A program made the position numbers and the translations under genes. DNA of 64,000 nt from a virus, in the IMG/VR virus record IMGVR_UViG_3300031261_000003, positions 5,435 through 69,434 of that record. One strand, 5' to 3'. Shown here in pieces: positions 56,838 through 64,000 of the stretch (position 1 is its first letter; every line of letters starts with the position of its first letter). Below the pieces are notes generated by a model. It saw only the letters and a list, made by a program, of their open reading frames with translations, was not told the origin of the DNA and did no database searches.

Positions 56838-57517
56838 CGGAAAGACGCCTTCGTTTCCTTGGCGATGGTCGCGCCGCGCAACCTGCGAGCATATACAGAT
56901 CGTCCGGTGACAATAAAATACACTGTAGATTTACTAACTCCGAACATGATCGCGATTTCTCTAAGAGGCGTTCCGGTCTTGGATACCTCTAAGACCTTCT
57001 CAACGTCCGCGAGTTCAAGAGCGGATGGACGACGAATCCTTCGATTGTTGCTCTGCTCTTTGTTTGTGGCCCAGCGGCAGTTTCCTGGCTCGTAGTTTCC
57101 ATCGTTATCTGGGTATCTATCAATTGAATGCTTAGGCGTAGGCTTCCGCCCCATGTCCTCCAAAAAAGTTTCAAAGCTATTTAGCCAGCGGCTACAGACC
57201 TTGATGCCGCGTCCTCCGTAACTCGTAAATTTCTTATTTGTAGGCGTAGTACATCGGCTCTTCATTCCTGCCCACGATCTGTACTCCGACGAAAACACAC
57301 CGCCTTTCGTATGGCCGTGCGTTTCGTTTGCTCCCCCATGTGTACACCCACAAGATTTTGTGTTTCCACTATTTAAAGCGGCGGCAGGAATACGTAGTCG
57401 TTTGCCACAATCGCAAATGCAGTCCCATAATATTTTTCCGCTACGCGTCCTCTCGTCTGTAGATGCTATCGCGCGCAGCTTACCGAAGCGCAACCCTGCA
57501 ATCTTCGCGGCGATCAT
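56834..57517 (-). CDS. HNH homing endonuclease-like protein
   Basis: CDCG, KSCGC, YGGRGI.VC.RW, SIDR..DNDGNYEPGNCRWAT; AT-richer than neighbours. Confidence 0.85.
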   Translation of the reverse strand: MIAAKIAGLRFGKLRAIASTDERTRSGKILWDCICDCGKRLRIPAAALNSGNTKSCGCTHGGANETHGHTKGGVFSSEYRSWAGMKSRCTTPTNKKFTSYGGRGIKVCSRWLNSFETFLEDMGRKPTPKHSIDRYPDNDGNYEPGNCRWATNKEQSNNRRIRRPSALELADVEKVLEVSKTGTPLREIAIMFGVSKSTVYFIVTGRSVYARRLRGATIAKETKASFR

Positions 57518-58284
57518 TTGAACATGGCCCGTGTGATCTGTTCGATACTTGTACCGTTGATTTTCCTTATACCCATTTTTATCGCTTGATCTAACGCCGA
57601 TTGTATTGCTTCTCGTTTTATATATGGCTTTAGGTCAGAGATATTTAGCGCGTCCCAATCGGTTATGGTTCCCTTCCAAGTGGTTCGCGCGCTCGCCAAA
57701 ACGCCGCTTTCCGTTCGCGTCCGCACGAGATCGGCGGCTTTCGCTTTGCCAGCTAGATCGGCGGCGTAGGCGGCTTCCGACGCAGCCTCGGCGGCGGTAT
57801 TGGCCGCAACCTCCTCGGCCGGCGTCGTAAAGGCCGCAAGGTCGCGCTGGCGCTGTTCTTCGGCGCGGGCGGCGTCGGCGGCGGCTTGGGCTTTTGCGCG
57901 GGCGGCGCGGTCGACTTCGCGCTGGTAGTCGTCGCCTATCGCTTGGAAGGTATCGCCGATGCGTTTTAAGCGGTCGAGGAAGACGGCGAAGAAAGATTGC
58001 ACGTCGTTGCCAGCCTGCAAATAAGGAGCCTTGGCGATCGTGCGAGCGCCGTCCGTCCGTTTCCAGAGCGCTCGCGCGTCCTTGACCAATGCGCCGACCG
58101 CATCAAGATCGGCCGGCGTCGTAATCTTTTTTGGCGCGACGTTGGCGCGAGCGGCAAGCGTCTCGACGTCGTGGCGAGTCTGCGCGCGATCCTCGGCCAA
58201 CTGCTCGCGCAGATCGCGCGGCGGGCGGTTGTCACCAATAGGCGGCGGCGGCGTGAAGTCGGTCATTTTTCCCTGCGTATTCAT
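57514..58284 (-). CDS. coiled-coil phage protein
   Basis: IGDNRPP motif, KAPYL.AG..V..FF. Confidence 0.7.
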   Translation of the reverse strand: MNTQGKMTDFTPPPPIGDNRPPRDLREQLAEDRAQTRHDVETLAARANVAPKKITTPADLDAVGALVKDARALWKRTDGARTIAKAPYLQAGNDVQSFFAVFLDRLKRIGDTFQAIGDDYQREVDRAARAKAQAAADAARAEEQRQRDLAAFTTPAEEVAANTAAEAASEAAYAADLAGKAKAADLVRTRTESGVLASARTTWKGTITDWDALNISDLKPYIKREAIQSALDQAIKMGIRKINGTSIEQITRAMFK

Positions 58285-58297
58285 GATGTTTTCTCCG

Positions 58298-58313
58298 TAG
58301 CGTGGCGTCGCTG
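58298..58313 (-). promoter_or_regulatory. ACGCCA-loop hairpin before SD
   Basis: AGCG-ACGCCA-CGCT followed by ACGGAG. Confidence 0.6.
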
Positions 58314-58372
58314 GATTGGTTACAAATTATCGTGCTATATCGCGCGCCAATTAGCAAGCGATATTGCTATCC

Positions 58373-59473
58373 TTAGAACGGGCCGGAATACGAGAGCGGC
58401 ACGGCGGCCGGCTTGGCGGCTCGCATCGCCTTCGCGCTCGCCGCGAATTGCTCTTTCACGGAAAGCTGCGGGTATTCACTCGGCGCGACCGTAAAGCCCT
58501 TGCGCCGAATGATCTTGACGCCAAAGGTCCGGCCGTCCGCGATCCGCGCCGCGCTCGCGTTGCCGAGCCGGTGGATCAACTGCGCATCGACAGGCTTTCG
58601 CGCCTTGGCGGCGGCGGCGCCATCGGCTTCGCGCGCCTTGAGCGCTTCGCGTTCGTCGAGCAGCGCCGCGACGTCCGGCGCGTCGCCAAGCTCGATGACA
58701 GGACCGTTCTCGCCGTCGTAGAGATCGCCGATCAAGTCGGCGTCACGGTTGAAATCCGGGTCATAGGGGTCGTTTTGCTCGACGCGACGCCAAAAGTCTT
58801 GGACGCGCGGCGTAAGCGCCGCCATGACGCCGGGCCGCAACGGCACTTCCTCGACCGGTTCGATCCAATCGGAGTCCATATGGTAGGCCGCAACGGCGCC
58901 CCAGGACGCGCCGCAAAGGGCGGCGGTAACGTTGACCTGAACGGCTATCCAGAGCGGGACGGCGCGATCACCGTCCGCATCTTGCCATTTCTTGCGACCT
59001 GCATATTTGCCGATGGACTTGCCGTCGAGCGCTCCGAAACCTTCCGGCCGCTCCGGATCGAAGGCGAAGAAATCCGGGCTGGCGCCGATTCGAGACGCCG
59101 GATCGCGGTAGTAGCGGCTTGCCTGGACAAACGTCCAAGTCGGATATTCCTCGCGCAGCATTTGCAGGATAACCGGTTCGATAAGCTGGCCGCGCCGCAT
59201 CGCGCGATTGCCTTTTTCCGCCTCGATGATCTTGGATTTTAGCGCCCACATTTTCAGCGGCGTCGAATACGCGCCCATTTCAACCGGGCCGTCATGGAAC
59301 AGCACGCCCGCGTTGGACGCGGTAAAATCCGGCTCTCGGCGCTTGAGCCATTCCTCGACGGAGTCGATAGGAAACCAGCAGACGCCCGGCGGAACGGCCG
59401 CGTTGACGATTTCGATAAGCTTGGCCTCGGTCATTTTACCTTGGCGTTCCGCTTGATGCGCTAACTCATCCAT
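58373..59473 (-). CDS. YqaJ/lambda-exonuclease-like nuclease
   Basis: WL.RR...TAS, RG...EP, ASPD, DGK, Q motifs. Confidence 0.85.
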   Translation of the reverse strand: MDELAHQAERQGKMTEAKLIEIVNAAVPPGVCWFPIDSVEEWLKRREPDFTASNAGVLFHDGPVEMGAYSTPLKMWALKSKIIEAEKGNRAMRRGQLIEPVILQMLREEYPTWTFVQASRYYRDPASRIGASPDFFAFDPERPEGFGALDGKSIGKYAGRKKWQDADGDRAVPLWIAVQVNVTAALCGASWGAVAAYHMDSDWIEPVEEVPLRPGVMAALTPRVQDFWRRVEQNDPYDPDFNRDADLIGDLYDGENGPVIELGDAPDVAALLDEREALKAREADGAAAAKARKPVDAQLIHRLGNASAARIADGRTFGVKIIRRKGFTVAPSEYPQLSVKEQFAASAKAMRAAKPAAVPLSYSGPF

Positions 59474-59563
59474 TTGCGATTCTCCTGCTAACTGATTGCC
59501 GCGTTATATTGCGCGCGTGTTTTCAAATTAGCAAGAGAACAAATAATCGAATTATAAAGATAA

Positions 59564-59947
59564 TCAGCGCCAGACGCGGCGCGTCGTAATCACGGCGTTT
59601 CCATAAATCAGCGGCGCTTGGCTAAGATCGTCGCCGCGCGCAAACGACGCCGCATGGTAGATTTGCGTCGCGGCCTTGTTGACGGGTTGCGGCCCGGCAT
59701 CGGGCAATCTCTCGTCGTCGAACGCCTTGCGCGGATTGATCGCGGAAAACTCGTCAACGAACATATCGGCGCGCTCGCCCTCATAAGGGACGGCTACATG
59801 CTCGATATTGTTCGGGCCGATAAAGGCGCCAATCGCCTTGTTAAGCTCGCCATAGTTGGGGTCTTTCGGAATCGAAATCCTCGCGATTTCAGGCTCGTCA
59901 ACGCCCGGATGAAAGATCAAAATATCAAGGTCTTGCATATCCTTCAT
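59564..59947 (-). CDS. hypothetical protein
   Basis: MFVDE, N..AT.IY, IYGNAV. Confidence 0.7.
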   Translation of the reverse strand: MKDMQDLDILIFHPGVDEPEIARISIPKDPNYGELNKAIGAFIGPNNIEHVAVPYEGERADMFVDEFSAINPRKAFDDERLPDAGPQPVNKAATQIYHAASFARGDDLSQAPLIYGNAVITTRRVWR

Positions 59948-60501
59948 GGCGACGCCTCGACGGTCATCTCGTAGGTTCCGCCAAGCGCTTCGGCGATATC
60001 GGCCGCGCTGTGTTCGACAGCCTCGCGCTGCGTCCGCATTTCCAACCACACGCCGTTTGCCATACTCGGCGCGGCCAGGACAAAGCCATCGATGGCATTG
60101 TAGCGGACAAGCGCGGCAATCCCTTGCTCGGCTTGGTGCTCCAAATAGGCTCGCAACGCCGGATCGCGGTGGGCGTCGGGGCGCTTGGGATCGACCCAAA
60201 CCTGCACCACTTCAATTTTTGTTTCGGCGCCGGTTTCGTTGTCAATTGCCGTAATGTAATCCGGTAAAATATCGAGGACGACGCCGGATCGATCCGGTCG
60301 CGAGAGATCGCGCGTGTCGGCCTCTTGAACGAGCCAGCGGCATGACCAAAGTTTGCAGCTATTCGGCATTGCTTGCGTCTTGTAGACGCCGCAGCCCTTG
60401 GAGAAGCTTTGATATCGGCAGCGCTCGCCCGCGCTTTTGCGTAGCTCGCGGACGGCTAAAAGCTTGCAGCAAAGGCTGCATTCGCCGCAGGTCCTGGTCA
60501 C
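59944..60501 (-). CDS. CxxCxxCC (YkgJ-like) protein
   Basis: CGECSLCCK...C...GC.VY...P..C..W.C.WL. Confidence 0.75.
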   Translation of the reverse strand: MTRTCGECSLCCKLLAVRELRKSAGERCRYQSFSKGCGVYKTQAMPNSCKLWSCRWLVQEADTRDLSRPDRSGVVLDILPDYITAIDNETGAETKIEVVQVWVDPKRPDAHRDPALRAYLEHQAEQGIAALVRYNAIDGFVLAAPSMANGVWLEMRTQREAVEHSAADIAEALGGTYEMTVEASP

Positions 60502-60722
60502 AATGGCAACCTCCCCTTTTCCGCTTCCTCGTCGGCCAGCCGCTGATATTCGTCGCGGATTTCCGCCATGATGCCGATCTGTTCGTCAGCCTGCGCCTTG
60601 GTCATTTTGCCGTTGGCGACGCGCTTCGGATAAACGAAGACTCGATATGAAACTTCGCGAGCAAGAACCCGCGCCTTTTGCGCGGCGGTGAACTTGCGCG
60701 CCTCAGTCATCGGCCGTCTCAC
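60498..60722 (-). CDS. conserved phage hypothetical protein
   Basis: RE..YR..VYP.RV..GKM...AD..I..M. Confidence 0.7.
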   Translation of the reverse strand: MRRPMTEARKFTAAQKARVLAREVSYRVFVYPKRVANGKMTKAQADEQIGIMAEIRDEYQRLADEEAEKGRLPL

Positions 60723-60933
60723 TCGTCTTGTGGCGGATGGGTTCGAACTCGTCGCGCTTAAGCCGGATATACGCGCCGACTATCGGGCATTTGGCCTCAT
60801 CGGGAAGGGCGATAAGAGCCACGACTCCCCAGGTTTTGACCTTGCTGATCAAAGCAACGCAGCCAGCCAGCTTATGCGGCGGCGCAATCTGAATGACGCT
60901 TCCCTCAACAAGCGACAACTTCCTGTCATTCAT
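60703..60933 (-). CDS. hypothetical protein
   Basis: V.QI.P, VK.WGV. Confidence 0.65.
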   Translation of the reverse strand: MNDRKLSLVEGSVIQIAPPHKLAGCVALISKVKTWGVVALIALPDEAKCPIVGAYIRLKRDEFEPIRHKTSETADD

Positions 60934-61234
60934 CGCTGGACTCCGCGCTTTCGTTGATCGAGCGCAGCACGGCCCTTGCGCTTGTGACCATAAGGATTTC
61001 GTCGCCCGGGCTGAGGAGGGCGGTGTCTATTGCCGCAATCGCCGCGAGCGTTGCGAGGAGGTTAGGAGCCGCCGCAATGGCCCGCCCATTGGCGTCGGCC
61101 TCGTCTATCGTGCGCGGACTTGGGTTGGCGTGCATAGGGCCGCCTAGCGAGACGAAGGCAATCGGCGCGCCGTGCCTTCCGAACACGTTGCCGTTGGCAT
61201 AGCGCCAAGGGCCGGCTGTGATTTGGACGCGCAT
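60926..61234 (-). CDS. hypothetical protein
   Basis: T.GPW...AN...IAAAP.LL phage motif. Confidence 0.65.
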   Translation of the reverse strand: MRVQITAGPWRYANGNVFGRHGAPIAFVSLGGPMHANPSPRTIDEADANGRAIAAAPNLLATLAAIAAIDTALLSPGDEILMVTSARAVLRSINESAESSDE

Positions 61235-61277
61235 GGGAGCCTCGGAGCCCCGGCTTTTGACCGGGGCTGGTTGGAGC

Positions 61278-61652
61278 TTAGTCGTCAACCCAATCGGACA
61301 ATCGCGAGGAATCGACGCATTCAATTAAGAGATTTTCCATCCATTCTGGGCAGTCTAGGAGATCGTGTTCAGTTGACCATTTCTTGCAAGTGTACGGGCG
61401 GATTGCCGAAATTTCGTATTGCGCGCCTTCGCCCGGCTCGTCGCGCGTCTCAACGATAGCCGGATAAGCAAGGTAAAACTCGACTTCGCACCTCAGCGGT
61501 GCGCCGCAGCCTTTGTGACCGGCGATCTCGATATCCAGCAGTCCAACGTATGTTTCGTGCCCGATAGCGCAGCGAGCGCGATAATCGCGCCTAGCGCTTT
61601 TGCGGATTTTAGCTGGGGTCAACGGCGTTTTGAACTGTGTGAGGGCGTTCAT
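61278..61652 (-). CDS. first gene of leftward early operon
   Basis: GGAG RBS. Confidence 0.6.
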   Translation of the reverse strand: MNALTQFKTPLTPAKIRKSARRDYRARCAIGHETYVGLLDIEIAGHKGCGAPLRCEVEFYLAYPAIVETRDEPGEGAQYEISAIRPYTCKKWSTEHDLLDCPEWMENLLIECVDSSRLSDWVDD

Positions 61653-61666
61653 GGTTCTCTCCAACA

Positions 61667-61726
61667 TTGACGCGAGTGGCGTCTCGTGTCAAAGAGAACT
61701 GTAAGTCACACTTACATAAATGGCAA
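61667..61726 (-). promoter_or_regulatory. PL-like promoter TTGCCA-N17-TACAGT with palindromic operator and ACGCCA hairpin
   Basis: TGTAAG-N5-CTTACA at 61700-61716; 10-bp stem 61667-61692. Confidence 0.75.
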
Positions 61727-61845
61727 CGAAATAACGCAATCGGTATAGATAGATTTGTCAGATGTAGCTGTTTCGGCGGAAAGGGGCGGCAAGGGCTTCG
61801 GTTTAATGGCGCCTGGAAATAAACCCCCTCCCGACTTTTCCGAGG

Positions 61846-62388
61846 TTACGAGGGCTTTGTTATTGGCTCGGATGTGTGATCTGCAACTACGCTCTGAGTT
61901 TGATTCGCTGGTTTTCGACGAGGAGGCCGGTTTAGAGCTAGCTGGGCTTCAAACAGTGCTAGCGACGATCTTACCAGAGCAGCCATTTCAATTTCCGTGG
62001 GAGCCCTATTTTGTAGAACCAAAAACGTCGTTTGAATCGCGGCGCGAATTGCCGCGAGCGCGTACTGTATATCAGGTGTTTCTTGGCTCTCTTGGCTGTA
62101 GCGAGTGCCCGTCGACTCGCTGCCTAATGCGTCGGCTTCATGCGGGCCGACATTAGACTTGGGTGAAATGATCGGAATCTCGCCATGTCCGTGCTCAATC
62201 CAGTCAATACTTGCGCCCGTCAGTTGCGCAACCCGGCTCAAATTATGCCGCGCGATGCCTAGCTCTTTGCTCCGGCGCTCCCAGTTCCGCAGCGCCGGCC
62301 GGCTGACGCCTAAAAGATCGGCAAACGGCCCCTGCGCGAGCCCCATGCTTTCCCTCAGGTATCGTATTCTCTCTGCCCTGGTCTGCAT
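61846..62388 (-). CDS. CI-like XRE-family repressor (start uncertain)
   Basis: RIRYLRE..GL.Q..FA.LLGVSR.A..NWE; divergent from cro. Confidence 0.8.
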   Translation of the reverse strand: MQTRAERIRYLRESMGLAQGPFADLLGVSRPALRNWERRSKELGIARHNLSRVAQLTGASIDWIEHGHGEIPIISPKSNVGPHEADALGSESTGTRYSQESQETPDIQYALAAIRAAIQTTFLVLQNRAPTEIEMAALVRSSLALFEAQLALNRPPRRKPANQTQSVVADHTSEPITKPS

Positions 62389-62576
62389 TCGTAGTCCAAC
62401 GTCTCGGAGTCTTATAGCCGACTCGTTAATTATAATTCGATTCCCTTGCGAATCTATGACTCGGCGTTTGCCAAGGCGGCGCCACACTCTCATTGCCTTA
62501 TTCCCCAAATTTCCACAGCTAAACGCCATTATAAATATGATTTGCAAGAACGCAATAGTTATGCTTACAACTCCAT

Positions 62577-62828
62577 ATGGACAAGATGATAGGCGCGCAA
62601 GCGGCGGCTGTAAGGGCTATCGCAGCGGCCGGTGGCCCTGGTGAACTGGCGAAGGCGCTAACGGAAAGCGGCTCGCCGATCACGTCTCAGGCCATCCAAC
62701 AGTGGACGCGCATTCCACATAAGCGCGCACGGCTCGTCGCCAAATTCAGCGGCGTGCCGCTCAACGAGTTGCGCCCGGATATCTGGCAGACGCCGGACGA
62801 TCTTAGCCAAGAGGCTAAGTCGGCCTAA
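62577..62828 (+). CDS. Cro/YdaS-like regulator
   Basis: AI.AAGG..ELAKAL....SQAI.QW..IP...LRPD. Confidence 0.85.
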   Translation: MDKMIGAQAAAVRAIAAAGGPGELAKALTESGSPITSQAIQQWTRIPHKRARLVAKFSGVPLNELRPDIWQTPDDLSQEAKSA

Positions 62829-62880
62829 TTCAACCTGTTGTTACGCAACGGCTTCCACAAGGTTTCAAAAGGCAACGCGC

Positions 62881-63423
62881 ATGGCGAGAGCTTCAACAGC
62901 GGAACGAACAGTCGCGCCTAAGCTACTGACCTCATTGATAAAAGAGGCCAACCACCAACGCACCAAAATCCAGACGATTGCGGGCGAACTCGGCGAGAGG
63001 GTCAAAGCGGCCATCGACGACGGCTATTTGCATCGCGGCGCGTTCTCGTTGTCAGTCAAGCTCTACAAAATGGACGAGCAAAAGCGCGAGGAATTTTTGC
63101 GCCAGACGTTGCTCTACGTCGATATTTGCCGCGCCGCCGGTTTGTATGGCGCCGAGCATGTGGCGGACATCGTAGAAATGGCCGCGCGCCGCGCCGATAG
63201 CGACGATCCCAAAGACAAGCCGGACGCGCCGGCCGGTGATGACGAAGACGGCGAGGAAGACGACGACGGCGAGGCCGAAGCCGGCGAGGGCGATGCGGAA
63301 CCGCTGAGCGAGGCGGCGCAGAAAGTCGCGGCCGGAATCAAGGAGCTAAAGCCGCGCCGAGGGCGGCCTCCTAAAAGCGCCCTAGACGGCGCGGATGCGC
63401 CAAGCGGAACCCGCGTGCAATAG
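62881..63423 (+). CDS. GapR (DUF2312)-like protein with acidic linker and AT-hook-like motif
   Basis: KL.KMD..KR.E......LY helix pattern; PRRGRPPK. Confidence 0.55.
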   Translation: MARASTAERTVAPKLLTSLIKEANHQRTKIQTIAGELGERVKAAIDDGYLHRGAFSLSVKLYKMDEQKREEFLRQTLLYVDICRAAGLYGAEHVADIVEMAARRADSDDPKDKPDAPAGDDEDGEEDDDGEAEAGEGDAEPLSEAAQKVAAGIKELKPRRGRPPKSALDGADAPSGTRVQ

Positions 63424-63447
63424 GTTTTGTCGTGAAGGCGTTCGCTT

Positions 63448-64000
63448 GTGCGGATACTCGCTCTCGATCTCGGGAACAGGACCGGCTTTGCGTGCGGCGT
63501 CGCAGGCGGACCAAAGCCGAGAATCGAAAGCTGGCTGCTCAAAAAGGTCGGCCAGCCGGTCGAGACGTCATGTCGAAACCTCGCTTGCTCGTTGCGCGAT
63601 AATATCCAACTCGAAAACCCGGATTTGATCGTCGCCGAACACTGGCTGCACCCGGCCGTACAGCCGAGCGCCGACGTGATCATAACGCAACTGCAACAGC
63701 ATGGCGTCGTTGAGGCGATTGCCGGCGTTTTTGGCATCCGCGTTGTCCGGCCGACGAGCGCGCAATTCAGGACGCATTTTTGCGGGCAGTCCTCGGCGGG
63801 AACGCGACGAAAAGGCCCGCGAACGGAGCGGCAAAAGGCAGACGATCGCGAGGCGACGAACATGATGGTTGTTCGGCGTGCGATTCTTCTCGGATACCTG
63901 CCGCACGGATCGACGGATTGGGACAAGGCCAGCGCCGCCGGGCTCTACGACTACGCGAGCGCCGTCTATGGCCGCACGCCGCCGCGCGAGTTGATCTTGT
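63448..64000 (+). CDS. RuvC-like nuclease (runs off the window)
   Basis: RILALDLG..TGFA, PDLIVAE. Confidence 0.7.
   Translation, partial: MRILALDLGNRTGFACGVAGGPKPRIESWLLKKVGQPVETSCRNLACSLRDNIQLENPDLIVAEHWLHPAVQPSADVIITQLQQHGVVEAIAGVFGIRVVRPTSAQFRTHFCGQSSAGTRRKGPRTERQKADDREATNMMVVRRAILLGYLPHGSTDWDKASAAGLYDYASAVYGRTPPRELIL

Noticed and set aside
62520-62531. TAA-ACGCCA-TTA as a ninth hairpin or source of a UGGCGU sRNA
   Set aside because: Only a 3-bp AT stem in the opposite orientation, overlapping a TATAAT -10 box, so probably not transcribed on that strand.

Overview
The whole window looks like one GC-rich temperate myovirus, probably of an alphaproteobacterial host (GapR-like, DUF3489-like and DUF3309-like genes). 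No host genes or integrase are visible. Layout: (1) 1-6.1 kb, a leftward array of small genes with their own sigma70-like promoters; (2) ParB-like protein and C5 DNA methyltransferase; (3) a full late module at 10.2-41 kb (terminases, portal, scaffold, capsid, contractile tail, baseplate with PAAR, two fibre genes, GH19 endolysin, holin); (4) an accessory/maintenance region with a Rep-like HTH protein and probable countertranscript, a TPR-GT41 (OGT/SPINDLY-like) glycosyltransferase, an IS1341-type tnpB element, a cargo-carrying IS1595 element inserted in a DfrB-like gene, HNH proteins, a serine resolvase and a ParA/RHH pair (phage-plasmid signature); (5) a leftward early recombination operon, a cI/cro switch, and GapR-like and RuvC-like genes. 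The most striking unexplained signal is eight stem-loops with different stems but an invariant ACGCCA loop, in the 5' leader of leftward early transcripts just before the Shine-Dalgarno. Two other repeated leader structures occur in the late operon. Product calls come from motif recognition by eye; no searches were run.
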